The notes under the pieces are model-generated. The model searched no databases, was not told where the DNA came from, and saw nothing but the letters and a program-made list of their open reading frames with translations. From positions 110,422,001-110,486,000 of the forward strand of contig NW_026262712.1 in NCBI RefSeq assembly GCF_021869535.1: DNA of 64,000 nucleotides, read 5' to 3'. The position numbers and the translations under genes were made by a program. Shown piece by piece: positions 51,061 through 64,000 of the stretch; the first letter of the stretch is position 1, and each line of letters starts with the position of its first letter. Origin of the DNA: Mytilus californianus. Taxonomy: Eukaryota.

Positions 51061-51735
51061 CAGCACAACAATGTTAAATCTGCAAATTTGCGGAAGCAAA
51101 TTTTTGTTCTTCCCTCGCCGGGATTCGAACTCATGCTATTGGGATATCGAGACAACACCGCCTGTACTGTGTCCAGCGCTCTAGACAACTCGGCCACCTA
51201 GACTGAACTAAAAATTCAGCTTTCGGTGGCCTAGTGTTACCTTTTCTCGTCATTAGAATTTAGAGTTGTAACACAGTACATGATATATTAGGCATGAAGA
51301 TGGAATTGATTGCAGATTAGCTAAATCATCTATCGTAAAGGATCGTAAGATGCAGTCACAGAAATAATTATATGATGAGTACGTCTAAAAAAGTGACAAC
51401 TTTACGACAGATCAATCCATTAGATCACTAGTGAAGATGATACACGGCTGAAAACACACACACATATATATATATACATAATTATTCTAAATATCAGCAC
51501 AGCAATGTTAAATCTGCAAATTTGCGGAAGCAAATTTTTGTTCTTCCCTCGCCGAGATTCGAACTCATGCTATTGGGATATCGAGACAACACCGCCTGCA
51601 CTGTGTCCAGCGCTCTAGACCACTCGGCCACCTAGACTGAACTAAAAATTCCGCTTTCGGTGGTCTAGTGTTACCTTTCCTCGTCAGTAGAATCTAGAGT
51701 TGTAACACAGTACATGATTTATCAGGCATGAAGAA
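51061..51735 (-). repeat. Tandem repeat (period 434 bp) with a tRNA-derived, SINE-like head
   Basis: Units start at 51061 and 51495; decayed partial copy near 50725. Minus strand reads GGTGGCCGAGTGGTCTAGAGCGC (A box)...GAGTTCGAATC(C/T)CGGCGAGGG (B box) at 51113-51198 and 51547-51632. Confidence 0.75.
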
Positions 51736-54124
51736 CTATGCACGAAGGAGGTATTTAACAATCAATTAATATGGCGTCAGGCGACAGACCAAAATGACCC
51801 CCTCCTTTGTCAGTTGTAATATAAATGTATCGTTTATACCTTTGATATTCAACATAGATTACTGGGATTTCTTTTTTTCACGAAATCTTTCGAATGTTAT
51901 GAAAGATTGCGGAAGATGGATCAAGCATAGTCGATGGCTTGATAATATTGATTTTGATAAATACACATATGCATAAATGCATTTTCTTTTTAATTAAGCA
52001 TCAATGTAAATTAACTGGGAAATGTTTAAGTCGAATCCTACTTTATTTTTTTTGTTTATTTGGAAATCTTCGGAAATGAATTTCTTTAACATCAACAAAT
52101 CGCAGTTATAAAACGATCTTAATTTTTGTTTGGTGACCACACACACATATGTATATCTGATTATGTGTCGTGCTCTCCTAATTGCTGTGTTACCGTCTTT
52201 TATATCCGCTTGCTGCTCACCGAAACAATAGGAAGCGTCGTCATTTATTTCTTACAGCTCAAAAGACGTTGATGGCACAATACATCACTATGAGGTAAGT
52301 TTGTTATATATGTAGGCATACCTATCTATCCAGACTAATACCTAATCGTCCCAAGTAAATAAGTAGTTGTGGTATAGATCTATTGCAAGTTATACTTCAG
52401 GATTACAATAAGGTAAGACTCTCTTTCGCAATATTTTTTTTTATTTCGAAAAAAATGTAGTAAATAAGTAGAAGAATATCAAAGCAACAGTAAAAAGTAT
52501 TATAACAAAGAATTAAAAGGAATATATACAAGCCCGATGAAAGAGACCGTTGTTCATTGGACACAATCTAATATCTACACTACCCGGACAGTAGTATAAC
52601 AACACAAAAAGTCAAATGGTATAATCTTTCCATTTCAAAATACGCCATAATTAACTTTCGTGTGCGAGTGCATGCAGAATCTCGAGAATTATTTTCTATA
52701 TTTGGTTAAAACTATATGTTACATTTACATATTAATTATAAATCTGAACTTTTGTATTTGTAAATTTACTCTCATAATTCCTATCTAAAGAATAAATTAG
52801 TTGTTATATTACCAAAAAAAAAAAAAACAAATTGGGACCAATTACAGTTTTTGTTATTCTGATTTTTGGAATAAAGGTATTTCGTGTTGAACGGAAGATG
52901 TGAGATACAAAACCTGACGGACTCTCCTCCTTGGTGTCTGCAAAGTAAGTATGTGCAGATCTGTGTATCTAATTATTTTCTATGTGTGAGCTTGTGTTTG
53001 TTTGTTTTAATATAAAAATATTTTTAATTCGCGGGGAAAATAATAACAATTATGGACAAACAGCTATATGAACTGTTAACGTATGACATCACTTCATAAT
53101 AAATTGTACTGACTGTCGAACGTGTGAATACGTGAAAGGGGTGCATTGTTTCTTTTTTTGTATAAGGAACGTTTATATTTTAGTAGAAACAGCATGAAAC
53201 ATTATGGAAAAAGGTACTGACACAGACATTGTTAGTAAAGTGAAGTTTCCTAGTATATATATATAAAAAAAAAAAAAAACATTTGAAGAATTCGGCAACC
53301 ATGTCTTTGAACTCAATCGAAAGCTTGCATCTCAATATAGGTACAAATTGTGCACCGCTTCCTACATATTTCGTTCTGTATGAACAAAATTTAATCAAAA
53401 GGTTGTTACAGAAAAGAGAAAAACGATGGTCCAAATTTTTTGCTTTCAACTTCCACTAAATATATATTGTATTTTCTAAATAACAATCAAACAAATCAAA
53501 GTTGACGTATCGTTTTTCTTCTAACTGATCTCAATGTTAATTATAACCTCTTACAGGCATTTTTTATTGATAGACATATAACTTTTTAATGAACTAAATT
53601 ACAGTTGACTAATACGCCCTCAACGATTGATTGTTGTTTGTTTAAAGTCAAGTTGAAAATATTTCATGCGTATTCACGATAAGAACGTATTAGCAATATA
53701 TCCAGTTAGTATGTTGTGAACAATTGATCGACCGTGATAAAGAGTTGGAAATTTTGACTGCTACTTGACAGAGTATTTTTAATAAGATCAGATATATTGC
53801 CTTACAACAGGATATCTACGGACCCCTCAAAGAGTTGATGACATAGTTCTATTACGTACGTAAGGATCGAGTCACTCTTTCTATAACATGCATTTGATTT
53901 AAAAAAAGAAGAAGTTAACATTCCGACCTGGCATGAACGTGGGTGCGTATTTATTCATCACACATATCCAAACGGACGCCCTACTTTAGCATGAGTTTTA
54001 CTGCCGGATAGAAAAGTCCGGGGTTGACCATATTTCTATACTCACGTCCATTTATGGAGTCGTCCTAATGGAGGTTTCAAGATTACCGACTCGATAGCTG
54101 TGTTTGATACTTCAATAATAATAA

Positions 54125-54529
54125 CACTGTGTAGCATCACCACCGGATAAAGGCACTCCCGAAGCAAAGAAACAATGAAAGCAAAAAGTATCTATTCTAA
54201 TCCCCGTACAGTAAACAATTTTTCGCCGCTATTCGCCGTACAATTTATCCGCTTTGTTAACATGAATTTCTCTGTGTAAACAATAGTTAACTTCGAAATA
54301 CAGTGTTGTTCAGTGGGGATTCATACGATTTGAAGAGAGAGAAAGTCAAGTAAGGATCATAATCAGCCTCAATAGTAGCTACATTATTAGGAATCAGTAT
54401 CACAAAACTTACCTTGTCAGCAAAACGTAGAATATAATGAAAATAAGAAGAATTTGATCTTACCTGACTTCACATTTTTATTCCCACCGCTTCGGGTGTA
54501 CCTATATCCAGTGGTGATGCTACACAGTG
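54125..54529. mobile_element. MITE with ~40-bp TIRs starting CACTG, CACTA/EnSpm-like
   Basis: CACTGTGTAGCATCACCACCGGATAAAGGCACTCCCGAAGC at 54125 and its reverse complement with four mismatches ending at 54529; AA on both flanks is a possible 2-bp target duplication. Confidence 0.75.
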
Positions 54530-54801
54530 AATAACAACACCCAATTACCCAATGCCTAATAATACGGGAGAATTTCGTTAAAAGAAAGATAACCCAATTG
54601 TTGTATTGCTCGGCCTTACATGATTCAGTAGGTAGTCACTGCGGCAATCTACGTTACTTGTATATATATATATAAATATAATTAAAAGAGACAATACAAG
54701 AAAACAATACAAAAGTTCAAGAACAACCACAACATTAGGGGTAAAAGAAAAAGACAAAACAAGAGTCCATAAAATACTACACATAAACTAAATTGAACAA
54801 T

Positions 54802-55060
54802 ACGAACACCACCGTAAGAAAATCCGATTGTCTCAAACACGAACACCGCCGTAAGAAAATCCGATTGTCTAAAACACGAACACAACCGTAAAAAAAATCC
54901 GATTGTCTCAAATACGAACACCGCCGTAAAAAAAAATCCGATTGTCTCAATTACGAACACCGCCGTAAGAAAATCCGATTGTCTCAAACATGAACACCGC
55001 TATAAGAAAATCTGATTGTCTCAAACATGAACACCGCTATAAGAAAATCCGATTGTCTCA
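54802..55060. repeat. Minisatellite, 37-39 bp, seven copies, inside a Penelope-type terminal segment
   Basis: Unit ACGAACACCGCCGTAAGAAAATCCGATTGTCTCAAAC starting at 54802, 54839, 54876, 54914, 54953, 54990 and 55027. Confidence 0.95.
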
Positions 55061-57065
55061 GGTGCTCCAAAAGGGTAAACATCTTTTAATGTTGTTTCGT
55101 AAAAAACGTGCTTGTCCTAACAATAAAATTATTTTCATTTACCTGTGTTTAAAGTAATTGCAAATGGCTGATATTTTTGTTCGAGCATATTGTTTTTCTT
55201 AGATTGTTTAACATTTCATAGCGGTACAACATGTTACTTTTATTATTCTTCCCTTAGCTTATTTATTTTGTATTTACATTGTATCATAGATCAAATTTAT
55301 TTGTTCAGTATATGTTCACTGGTGTTAATATGTCCTTTGATTGAGTTAAGCCATTTCAGTTGATATTTTATAGTGTGTCTTTCTATGTTGTGTTTCAGAA
55401 AAAGGGTAAAGGTTTGGTGCCATTAAAACGTTAAAACCCGCTGCAATTGTTTGCACCTGTCCGAAGTCATGAATCTGATGTTCAGTAGTTGTCGTTTGTT
55501 GATGTGGTTCATAAGTTTTTCTCGTTTCTCGTTTTTTATATAGATTAGACCGTTGGTTTTCCCGTTTGAATGGTTTTACACTAGTAATTTTTTCGGGCCC
55601 TTTATAGCTTGCTGTTCGGTGTGAGCCAAGGCTCCGTGTTGAAGACCGTACTTTGACCTATAATGGTTTACTTTTATAAATTTTGACTTGGATGGAGAGT
55701 TGTCTCATTGGCACTCATACCACAACTTCTTATATATATTGTCAACTACTTCAAACTTGCTTGGGTGTTTAAGGTGACGCCAAAGTGGTTAGACGATACT
55801 ATATAGGTGCTGGTTCATCCAAAATAAAGTCTACATTGTATACGTATCCAGATGGGCTTCAAACTGTCTATCTGTCTGTAGCTGATGATGTGTGTCTGCC
55901 TATAACTTATAAAGCTTTTGGACCGAACGTCAGTGGAGGTATTTATATATATCGGACAAGTCAAATAGATTTATTAGTCATCGTTGAAATAACTGTCTGT
56001 CTGTGAAGTAACTAAATAAACCATTTGATCTTTTTTAAAACCATTTTGACATCAATTTAACATACACAGAGTCCCAAAAAATAAAAAAAAGTTAAATTTG
56101 AACCAACGTTTTCTTATGTTAAAGGTGTTAGTATAAGGAAACACATACAATGTATGAGAAGAATATACATCTATGATAAGGCCATTTACTTCTCGTATTG
56201 AACGAACAAAAATGACAATTGACAAAAATCGTATTACTTTTAATCTTTTAAAATTTCTAATTACTTACAGCATAGCTCAAAAGATATTTTGCCACACAGA
56301 TGTCGGTGAGAACAGAGACATTTATTATCTCTGTTGAGAACAAATAGTTCTTCTTGTGAGAGTGTCACTCGAATCTAAATACCAAAAACTACTTTAGTAA
56401 ATGTTAAAAAGTTATTGGCATTTAATATTTCATAATGACATTTCCTTGATGATAATGATACCATAATTGATAATTCTGGTATAAAATTGATCTCAAATTG
56501 CATAGTGTGTTTTGTGTGACAAATATAATATTAGGTTATAAGGGAATAAAGAACACATGCATACACATGTTCGAAATGTTGGTATATTTTCATCACCTCA
56601 GTATATTCTGTATAATTATTCCGTAATTCTCGACTCTGTACGTTAAATGTTGCATTTTTTGTAGGTGAAGAAATGTTGATAGTAATATTTTGGTGTAAAA
56701 CCAGGTATTCAGAATCTAGCATTTTTTTTTTTCAATTCCTTCAAGTTGTGTAAGTTTTACTAAGTTTATATTTATCAGACGAAGGGTTTTATGTCAAGCT
56801 TTCTTTACATTTAAGTAATCAGCTGACTTTAGAAATTTTGTAATATCTGTAAAATTTATTCGCATTTTTTTCTCATTGTCGTGTACCCTGCATCTTTTTT
56901 CATATATATTTTCAATGTATATAAACAAAAAGAGGACGTGCAGTTTTCGTTAGAGAAACAGCAACCCAACGACAAAAATCATAGAAGTCATCATTAGAAT
57001 AGGTTTTACGTAACATTCCAAGCTCTTAATCGCCCGAGTTTAAAGAAATTTTAATAAGATATCCT

Positions 57066-57210
57066 TAAGCTTAGTTATTCACTGTTATAAGTGAATGTTA
57101 AATATTTAAAGGTACGAAGCTCCAGTAATGATACTGGCCGTAAGCTTAGTTATTCACTGTTATAAGTGAAAGTTAAATATTTAAAGGTACGAAGCTCCAG
57201 TAATGATACT
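57066..57210. repeat. Two-copy tandem duplication, period 75 bp
   Basis: TAAGCTTAGTTATTCACTGTTATAAGTGAA...GCTCCAGTAATGATACTG at 57066 and 57141. Confidence 0.95.
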
Positions 57211-57289
57211 GTACAAGTTGAGTTGATATAATGGGTACATTGCACGAAGCAAGGGATGAAAACAATAAGTTTTTCTTATGCAATGTTTA

Positions 57290-57490
57290 TAAGTTTCCAA
57301 CACCCTCATGCAAAGTTAACCTTTGGCGAATTTGTCTATTCTTGTTATGTCCCTTTTGGTCATACAGCTCCTAACATTTCTACGCGTTTATAAATCTATG
57401 GTTGTCAATGGATTTGAGCGTTCCTGGTGAAGGTAATTCAGAAAAGAGCTTAGAGCAAGAAATTTTTAAAGTGTTATTTTCATTATACGT
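57290..57490 (+). mobile_element. Solitary decayed retrozyme-like fragment with hammerhead remnant
   Basis: GAGCGTTC-CTGGTGA-AGGTAATTCA-GAAA-AGAGCTTA at 57416-57452, preceded and followed by sequence homologous to the 39.5-40.3 kb units. Confidence 0.6.
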
Positions 57491-58542
57491 ATAACCTCAG
57501 TACACACGACACGTGAAAAAAAATCTTCATCAAATATGAGCAAGGCCAAAAATTTTGAAAACATATAATATTGATTCACTTCGAACCAAAATAGGCTAAA
57601 CATGACAGCCAAAACTGTCCATGGTTAACTTAACCCGAGGAAATTCTTGTTATAGTTTTTGAATTAACAAAGTTGCATAATTATAATTTTTTGGTTAAAT
57701 GTGTCATTCTCATTTTTTAAAAAGTAACAACTTTGTTTACAGATTTGAATATATACCGAATAGAACACGAAATTAAAATTGTACATACAGATTTCTAAAT
57801 TTATCAATTGCTTTGAAAGTAAAAATGAACAGCATCCCCAAATTCTCTTTTCCGCTAATTAGTTTTTCAAATCCATTACAAAAGTAGATTTTCCCTAGAT
57901 CAATACGCGCATATAACTCTAAAGGCATGCTTTGCAGTAAACTATACTTATTGTAATATTCACATTGCACTTCTGAAATGGATAATTACCTTTTTATTGA
58001 TCAATTATGAATCATAAAAGGTGTACCTATCACTAAAAGGGAACGGAATATATGAAACGTCGCTACTACTTTTTGTTTGTTTTGGAATTCATCACCATAG
58101 GTTTAGACAAAAGAAGTTCTATTGATGGAAGTTTCGAAACAACTGACTAGTTTCAACAAGCAAAACGTTATTTCGGCTCAATAAAAATCATGCGTACCAT
58201 GTACTGTGGTTTTTTGATGTTGTCACAGTTCCTCTATTTATAGAATTTTAGTTAACTATTTAAAAAACCATCCAATAAAGTACTGTTGTATATTTTAGAT
58301 TTCATGACATCTAATAACGCAGTAGAAGAGGAATATTCATAAATGTGCATTGATGAGCCGTCTCAGATGAAATTTGCTAATGTAATTAACGTATAAATAT
58401 GTAACTTCAAAGTAAATGTAAACTAATCGTTGACGACCATCACATGATCTACGTCAGCCTGTAAATTGACCATTTATATATGTTTCAACTATTACATCGA
58501 TAAGACTTACCGAAAGAAATGGAAAATTACATTAGTATGCAA

Positions 58543-58655
58543 TAAACAAAAACATTGTCTCTGATCAATTGGGTCAAATTTAGGTAGACAGTAAACAAAA
58601 ACATTGTCTCTGATCAATTGGGTCAAATTTAGGTAGACAGTAAACAAAAACATTG
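58543..58655. repeat. Tandem repeat, 49 bp, 2.3 copies
   Basis: TAAACAAAAACATTGTCTCTGATCAATTGGGTCAAATTTAGGTAGACAG at 58543 and 58592, partial at 58641. Confidence 0.95.
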
Positions 58656-59706
58656 ATGCTATATTGCAATGAGACAAATATTCACCAAAGTTTAACTAAA
58701 GTGGATGTAAGCAATTACAGGCAACCGTACGGTCCTCAACAATGAGAAAAACCCATACCGTATAGTCGGCTATAAAAGGCCTCGACATGAAAATTATGAA
58801 TCAATTCAATTGAGAAAAATAAAGAACGTCATATTAGAATATAATTTTTTGCTGAACAAAACCCTAAGTCAACGTGGTAAACCAATATGTATTTCATCTC
58901 CGCTATAATTGGGAGAGAACAGATCTTAGATGAAAACATAATTTCTTTTTTTTTTTGACAAGAATACATGTAAACACGGACCTTTACAGTATTGTCAGCA
59001 TTTTATTTATTTTTTTTTAAATAGAATAGGATAACGTATTAGAGGTATAACCGTGACTTTTTTTAATACACCCATTTTATATACTATAAGAATTAGACAA
59101 TCCTTAATTCTAACTTTGAGAGTATAACGTTGTAGGTGTAAGTTAATTTGGTTTCTTTATCTGTTTTGCCCTATGTGACTTTAATTAAGCATTTCTCATG
59201 AATAGTAACAGACAGTCTATACATTATGATCTCTCTAATGTTATAATACGACATGATCGCTAACTGGATTATGCAAATTAAAACAGAATAGCCTTGTAGA
59301 AAGTTGAATTGATTAAAAAACATACATACAATACAATGCTTTCTTCTCCCAAATTGACTTATTCTTGCAAATGTTATTATTGCTATTTTCAAGTTTGCTT
59401 TGAAGTATTGTATTTTCAGTATTTGATAAACCAATTATTGTCCTGTGTTTCTTCCTTACATAGGCATTTAGAGATGCGTTTCTAAAAAACTTCTTAGTCA
59501 AGAAATCTCAGTTATGATAAAAAAAGTGAGCTCTACCAAATCAGAAACTTTAGTTCTTTATATTTCATTGTAATATGATGGGTTGCTGTCACAAAGACGT
59601 TAACTCTCTATTCAAAATTACGACGATATTTGGTATCATCATGTATAGATGTTTTGGAAAAGAAATGATATGATATGTCTTTACACGAGGCAACAACCAC
59701 AGGTAA

Positions 59707-60118
59707 TTTTTATGCCCCCTCCGCAGCGGAGAGGACATTAAGTGTTACCTAATACGTCTGTACGTCCGTCCATACGTAAGTCTCGAAATTGGTTTCCGTT
59801 CTCTATCTTTAGTTTGCCTCAACCAAATGTTATGAAACGTATACACAATGCTTATTACAACAAAACCCAGATCAATTTCGAATTTGGGTGGCGTCACATT
59901 ACAAATGGAAAAAAATGCTGATTTTTTCGTTTACTTCCGTTCTCTAACTTAAGTTTGCCTCAACCAAATGTTATGAAACTTATACACAATGTTTATTACC
60001 ACAAAATTCAGATCCATTTCGAATTTGATTGGCGTCACTTTTAATGTTCTTGAGTTATATATCCTTTATAGCGTTATATGCAAGCGGGCCATCATTTGTG
60101 TCCCATGGACACATTTTC
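59707..60118 (+). mobile_element. Helentron-associated / pearl-type non-autonomous element
   Basis: 5' TTTTATGCCCC with hairpin CCTCCGCAGCGGAGAGG, GTCC-type short repeats, two internal tandem units of about 140 bp (TTCCGTTCTCTA...GGCGTCAC), and 3' palindrome TGTGTCC-CAT-GGACACA at 60097-60113. Confidence 0.7.
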
Positions 60119-61589
60119 CATTTATTTTTATAGAAATCAAAATACAGTCGTGCAGCTTGAACGGATTTTTTTTATTTATAAAAAAAAGAAAAGTAAAAAC
60201 ATACCAAGGGAACAATCTGAAATCATACATCAAAAACTTAACAAACAACACCTTAGCCAAAAACTAATGACGAAAAGACGACCAACAGTCCAGAAAACAC
60301 TTCACACAAAACAAAAAAGCTGAGCAATACTAATTCCTCAACAAATAGGGGATTAACTCAAGTACGGAATGGTACACATTTCCGTGACTGCCCTTCAATG
60401 GCATTCATCGTGCTGCTAATGTCATGTACAGATTCGTCGATGTCATACACGAGAAAAGGATGGCCAAATCAAGATAGAGTCCAAAATTATTTTGCGAAGA
60501 AATATGACTACAACTAAACCTTTAATACACCATTGGTTCAATAGCTTCCTTGTCTATCAAGTAAGTTCTGTTATGAAACTCAAGCCCTGTGGCAACTGTG
60601 TTAATGGCAGATGTATACGTTAAGAGGCAGGTGTTTGCAGGAATGTAGCTATCTAAGAATTCAGTCACTCACTGTTAATGTCTTATTTCAAGATATGAAG
60701 CAGACTGTATGTATAGTATCCTTTATTTCAAGTTCAATGAGGTAGATGCGTATACCAATATCTATGTATTATTATATTTTAATTTATTAATGAACAAATC
60801 CTATTTATATCTTCAGACAATGAGTTAGACAAAAAACATCATCTGCTGGTCAACGACTACTCTTGATGTCAATAAATAATTGACTATTGTATAAATTGAG
60901 ATTAATGGTGAATTTATAAATGACATGAGGCTAAAATTTATTCCTCATTATGACTTATTCTTTCCTGGGGCAACAACCTCGAATTTTATTTAACCACCTA
61001 CAAAACTGTTGAAAACAACATGGCAAAATTTCCCATATATGCCATTTTTTTTGCGTCAATGTCATGTTGTGTCAATACGCAATGATTTACACGTTTCTGG
61101 TGTGAAAACAAATACTTGTATTTTAATCTTATTTTGTAAGACTTTAAAGAGCTTCATACTGTTTAATAAAATACATGGATCAAATGTGCATTTCACAAAG
61201 ATTGATTATTTTTTGTTTAACGTTTAATAGCAAATATTTCATGCACATTCACGCCTATAACAAACTCCACAAATCCATTTGGTAGGTTCTGCAAAGTGGG
61301 ACAATTGGATGAAGACGAGATGTTTTAGAAATGCCGTTTGCTAAATGTAACTTAAAGAGATATCACCAATGGTCTTCATATGCAGAGACCGTTGCTATCT
61401 CCAAACGTGTGACATCGGAATAATCATCCCATGTCGACCACACATTGCTCTATTTGTTGCAAATATTTTCACAAATCGGTATAGACCTAAATATAATGAC
61501 ATGAAATCATTATTTTATAGTACCTTCCTTCGCCTATTTCACACTGATTGGTCTCTCCGTTATTCTCGTATCAAGGCCTTGTATAGCCG

Positions 61590-61720
61590 ACCATACGGTA
61601 TGGGGTTTTCTCATTGTTGAAGGCCGTACGGTTGCCTATAATTGCTTACATCCACTTCATTTGAACTAAGGTGGATATTTGTCTCATTAGCAATCATACC
61701 ACATTTCCTTATTTTTATTT
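61590..61720 (+). mobile_element. Abundant short interspersed repeat (SINE-like), one of several copies
   Basis: TTCTCATTGTTGAAGGCCGTACGG...GTCTCATTAGCAATCATACC; related copies near 5050-5190, 6040-6190, 47480-47590, 55560-55735 and, on -, 58660-58790. Confidence 0.6.
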
Positions 61721-64000
61721 TGAAACGTTTAATAACTTTCAACTTTGTAACTTACTTTAATAATAAAGGCATATTAAGCGAAGAACACTTTACAAAAAAA
61801 AAAACACAAAAGAAAAACGGATGAAAATATTTCTTTACGTTTCAAATTTGTATTTTTCGAAAACGTATTGAAATATGATTTTTTTGGGGGGGTTCATGTA
61901 AGCTGCAAGCTGACTTTTATCTGTGTTGGTTAAAATCTAGCTCGAGACAAAACTTTGATGACCAGTTTCAGTAGAAAATGGAAACCTGGTTATAACAATT
62001 TTTCTAGTTGTTTTTAGTTTGAATTTCGTTTCAATTTATAAAACAATCAAGAAAATATGTATTTTATCAATGATGCTCGTGACCAGTTTGTGAAGCTGGC
62101 AATTTAATAAAAGCAAAATGAATACCATTATTATTACAACGACATTTATCACAAATTTCATTAATATGCGTTTGCAATGTACGTAGCCTTTTGAGAGACA
62201 TTTTTTTCCACAAATTGGGAATTGAAGATGTGATACATACTTTAATTTCTGTACCATGGTTTGTCGTATATGTAGAAGTGACGTGCCTTGATTAATCATG
62301 AATAGATATCATTAAAGTTATGTAACAAAAGCGATACTAAATATACACCACAGACAAACAAGGAAGTCTGAGATATCTCGATATTAGATGTACATTTATA
62401 AACAAGCTAATCATTAGAAAACTTTCCTTTCCCTCTCTGGTAAGCGACGGGATACATGTTTTCCTGTCACTTAGTATTGTTTCCTGTTAAACGTGATATG
62501 AACCCGGAAGTGTATTGTGTATACTAAATGTAAGGCTAAACTAAGTAAACGTTCTTAAAAATGTTTATATATTGTATATAACATTGAGAATAATCTACTT
62601 TGTTAAATAATCAATGATATTGGAGGCAAATATTGTTTTGCACCTGTCCAGTAATATTATGTTATCTATTTTTTAAATGAATCTGGCTGAAAAAATGTTA
62701 CAATATTGGCGTATTTAAGACAACCAAATTAGATGTGAGGTTAAATCGAAAATGAAAATAATTAATGCTGCCTTTAGAGGTTTCTGTTACAGTAACAGGT
62801 GAGGATTTCATTCCTAATCACGCACCTTATCAATTTACATAGAGATGTTTTCACTTACTAAATATGGAATTGCAAACACTTTCTAATGAAACATTTACCA
62901 TATCCTATTATGTCACGATAACTAAACATTATGATTATAAGAGAGAAGAGAAAGATATGTAATATTTAGCTTTTGATAAACAAAAAAGCACTAAAAAGGA
63001 AGTATGCTTAGCCTAAGTTTATATTCAGAATCTTCAAGGTAGACGGATTTGGTGGCGTCTTTTGTGTAATTTTAGGTCTACTCGATGCTTTTGCACTTTC
63101 TAATGTTTTTATTTTAAGCGCCACTAAACAGATACATAGATACATGTATATTTATTTAATAAAAATGCACATATCTTGCAAATTAATCTCGAAGCTTGTA
63201 ATTTTGTATAAGTTTACCTCTACTTGTTACGTAAAAAAATAAACAAAACAAAAAAGATCATGAAAAATTAAAGAATAGGTTTCCTTACTAAGAAAGGCAT
63301 TATTAAATATGTCAATTATGTCTATCTCTCTCATTAAGCCTGATAAAAGATATGTAATATTTAGTAGACGGATCTGTATATATAATCTCTCGCCTACGTG
63401 TAGAATTCATTAAAGATTAAATTTGTCATATATGAAAGCCGATATAAAACATTTTACTTTGAATTCAATCACACAAGAACAAAAAATAATATCCTTTGCC
63501 TAAGATCAATAGTCGGTCATATCTATTTCGCGTGAAAACAGAACAGTCAATCAATACAACGGCGGAACTTCTTCCCAGAGGAAACTATAGAACTCTTTTA
63601 CACAGATTTACCAGGATTATCAATCGTCTGACAGAAAAAGAAATGCATTTACTGTAAATCGTTCGGAGTAACAATAAAAGTTATCAAAATCGTATAATAC
63701 ACTCTGGAAATTTTTACTTATTCAAATGGATTTTGACGACATTGGAAAGTAGATTTCGGAAATTATAGATAGTAAGTAATTAACATGGGAAATACGTAGA
63801 TCAATGGGTTAAGAAAACGATCAAATAATTGAATTATAGGAAAATGAGAAATATTGATTCACTTCTCTTCCTTCAATAAATGTGAAATAGTTAAATGTGC
63901 TTTGTTTACACTTGTTCATAATTAGCAACACGTTTTAAATGTCAACCAATATCTACACTGAACAGCACTTGGAATTTGTTTCATCAACTGATCAATGTAA

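Larger units (their letters stand above)
52163..56749 (+). pseudogene. Ependymin-related pseudogene, paralogue of the gene at 2308
   Basis: Exon 1, 52163-52294: MCRALLIAVLPSFISA-CCSPKQ*E, TAG at 52229 replacing Trp. Exon 2 remnant ending LLQVILQDYNK|GTAAG at 52412. Exon 3, 52869-52944: E*RYFVLNGRCEIQNLTDSPPWCLQ, acceptor reads TG. Exon 4, 55774-55938: open frame, YYIGAG...DDVCLP. Exon 5, 56665-56749: YFGVKPGIQN...IPSSC|GTAAGT with two frameshifts. Phases match the intact gene. Confidence 0.87.

Noticed and set aside
51113-51632. Functional tRNA genes
   Set aside because: A and B boxes are present, but I could not build an acceptor stem and anticodon arm; embedded in a 434-bp tandem unit.
54802-55060. 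CRISPR-like array of 37-bp repeats
   Set aside because: Repeats are head-to-tail with no unique spacers, there are no cas genes, and the context is eukaryotic.
62440-62520. ETS-like CCGGAAGTG as a promoter of a downstream gene
   Set aside because: Single short motif with no supporting exon in the window.

Overview
AT-rich animal genomic DNA with spliced genes. The repeat families and gene content look like a bivalve, most likely a Mytilus mussel (inferred, not verified). Main content: (1) an apparently intact five-exon ependymin-related gene on + (2308-~20279) that the ORF track misses; its 12-kb intron 2 is largely an old inverted duplication surrounding a C1q-domain pseudogene. (2) An intact single-coding-exon 716-aa Mab-21/cGAS-like receptor (cGLR) on - (31552-33702). 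(3) A near-identical tandem duplication (about 32845-40307 and 40315-46769) that made a truncated, nonsense-carrying second cGLR copy; its breakpoint lies just after a tandem array of ~330-350-nt hammerhead-ribozyme (retrozyme-like) units. (4) A second ependymin paralogue with lesions in four of five exons (52163-56749). (5) Many mobile elements: Penelope-like RT fragments, LINE fragments, hAT-, Kolobok- and CACTA-like MITEs, a Helentron-type element, a tRNA-derived tandem repeat beside a 128-N gap, and minisatellites. All alignments and translations were done by eye; no database search was run.
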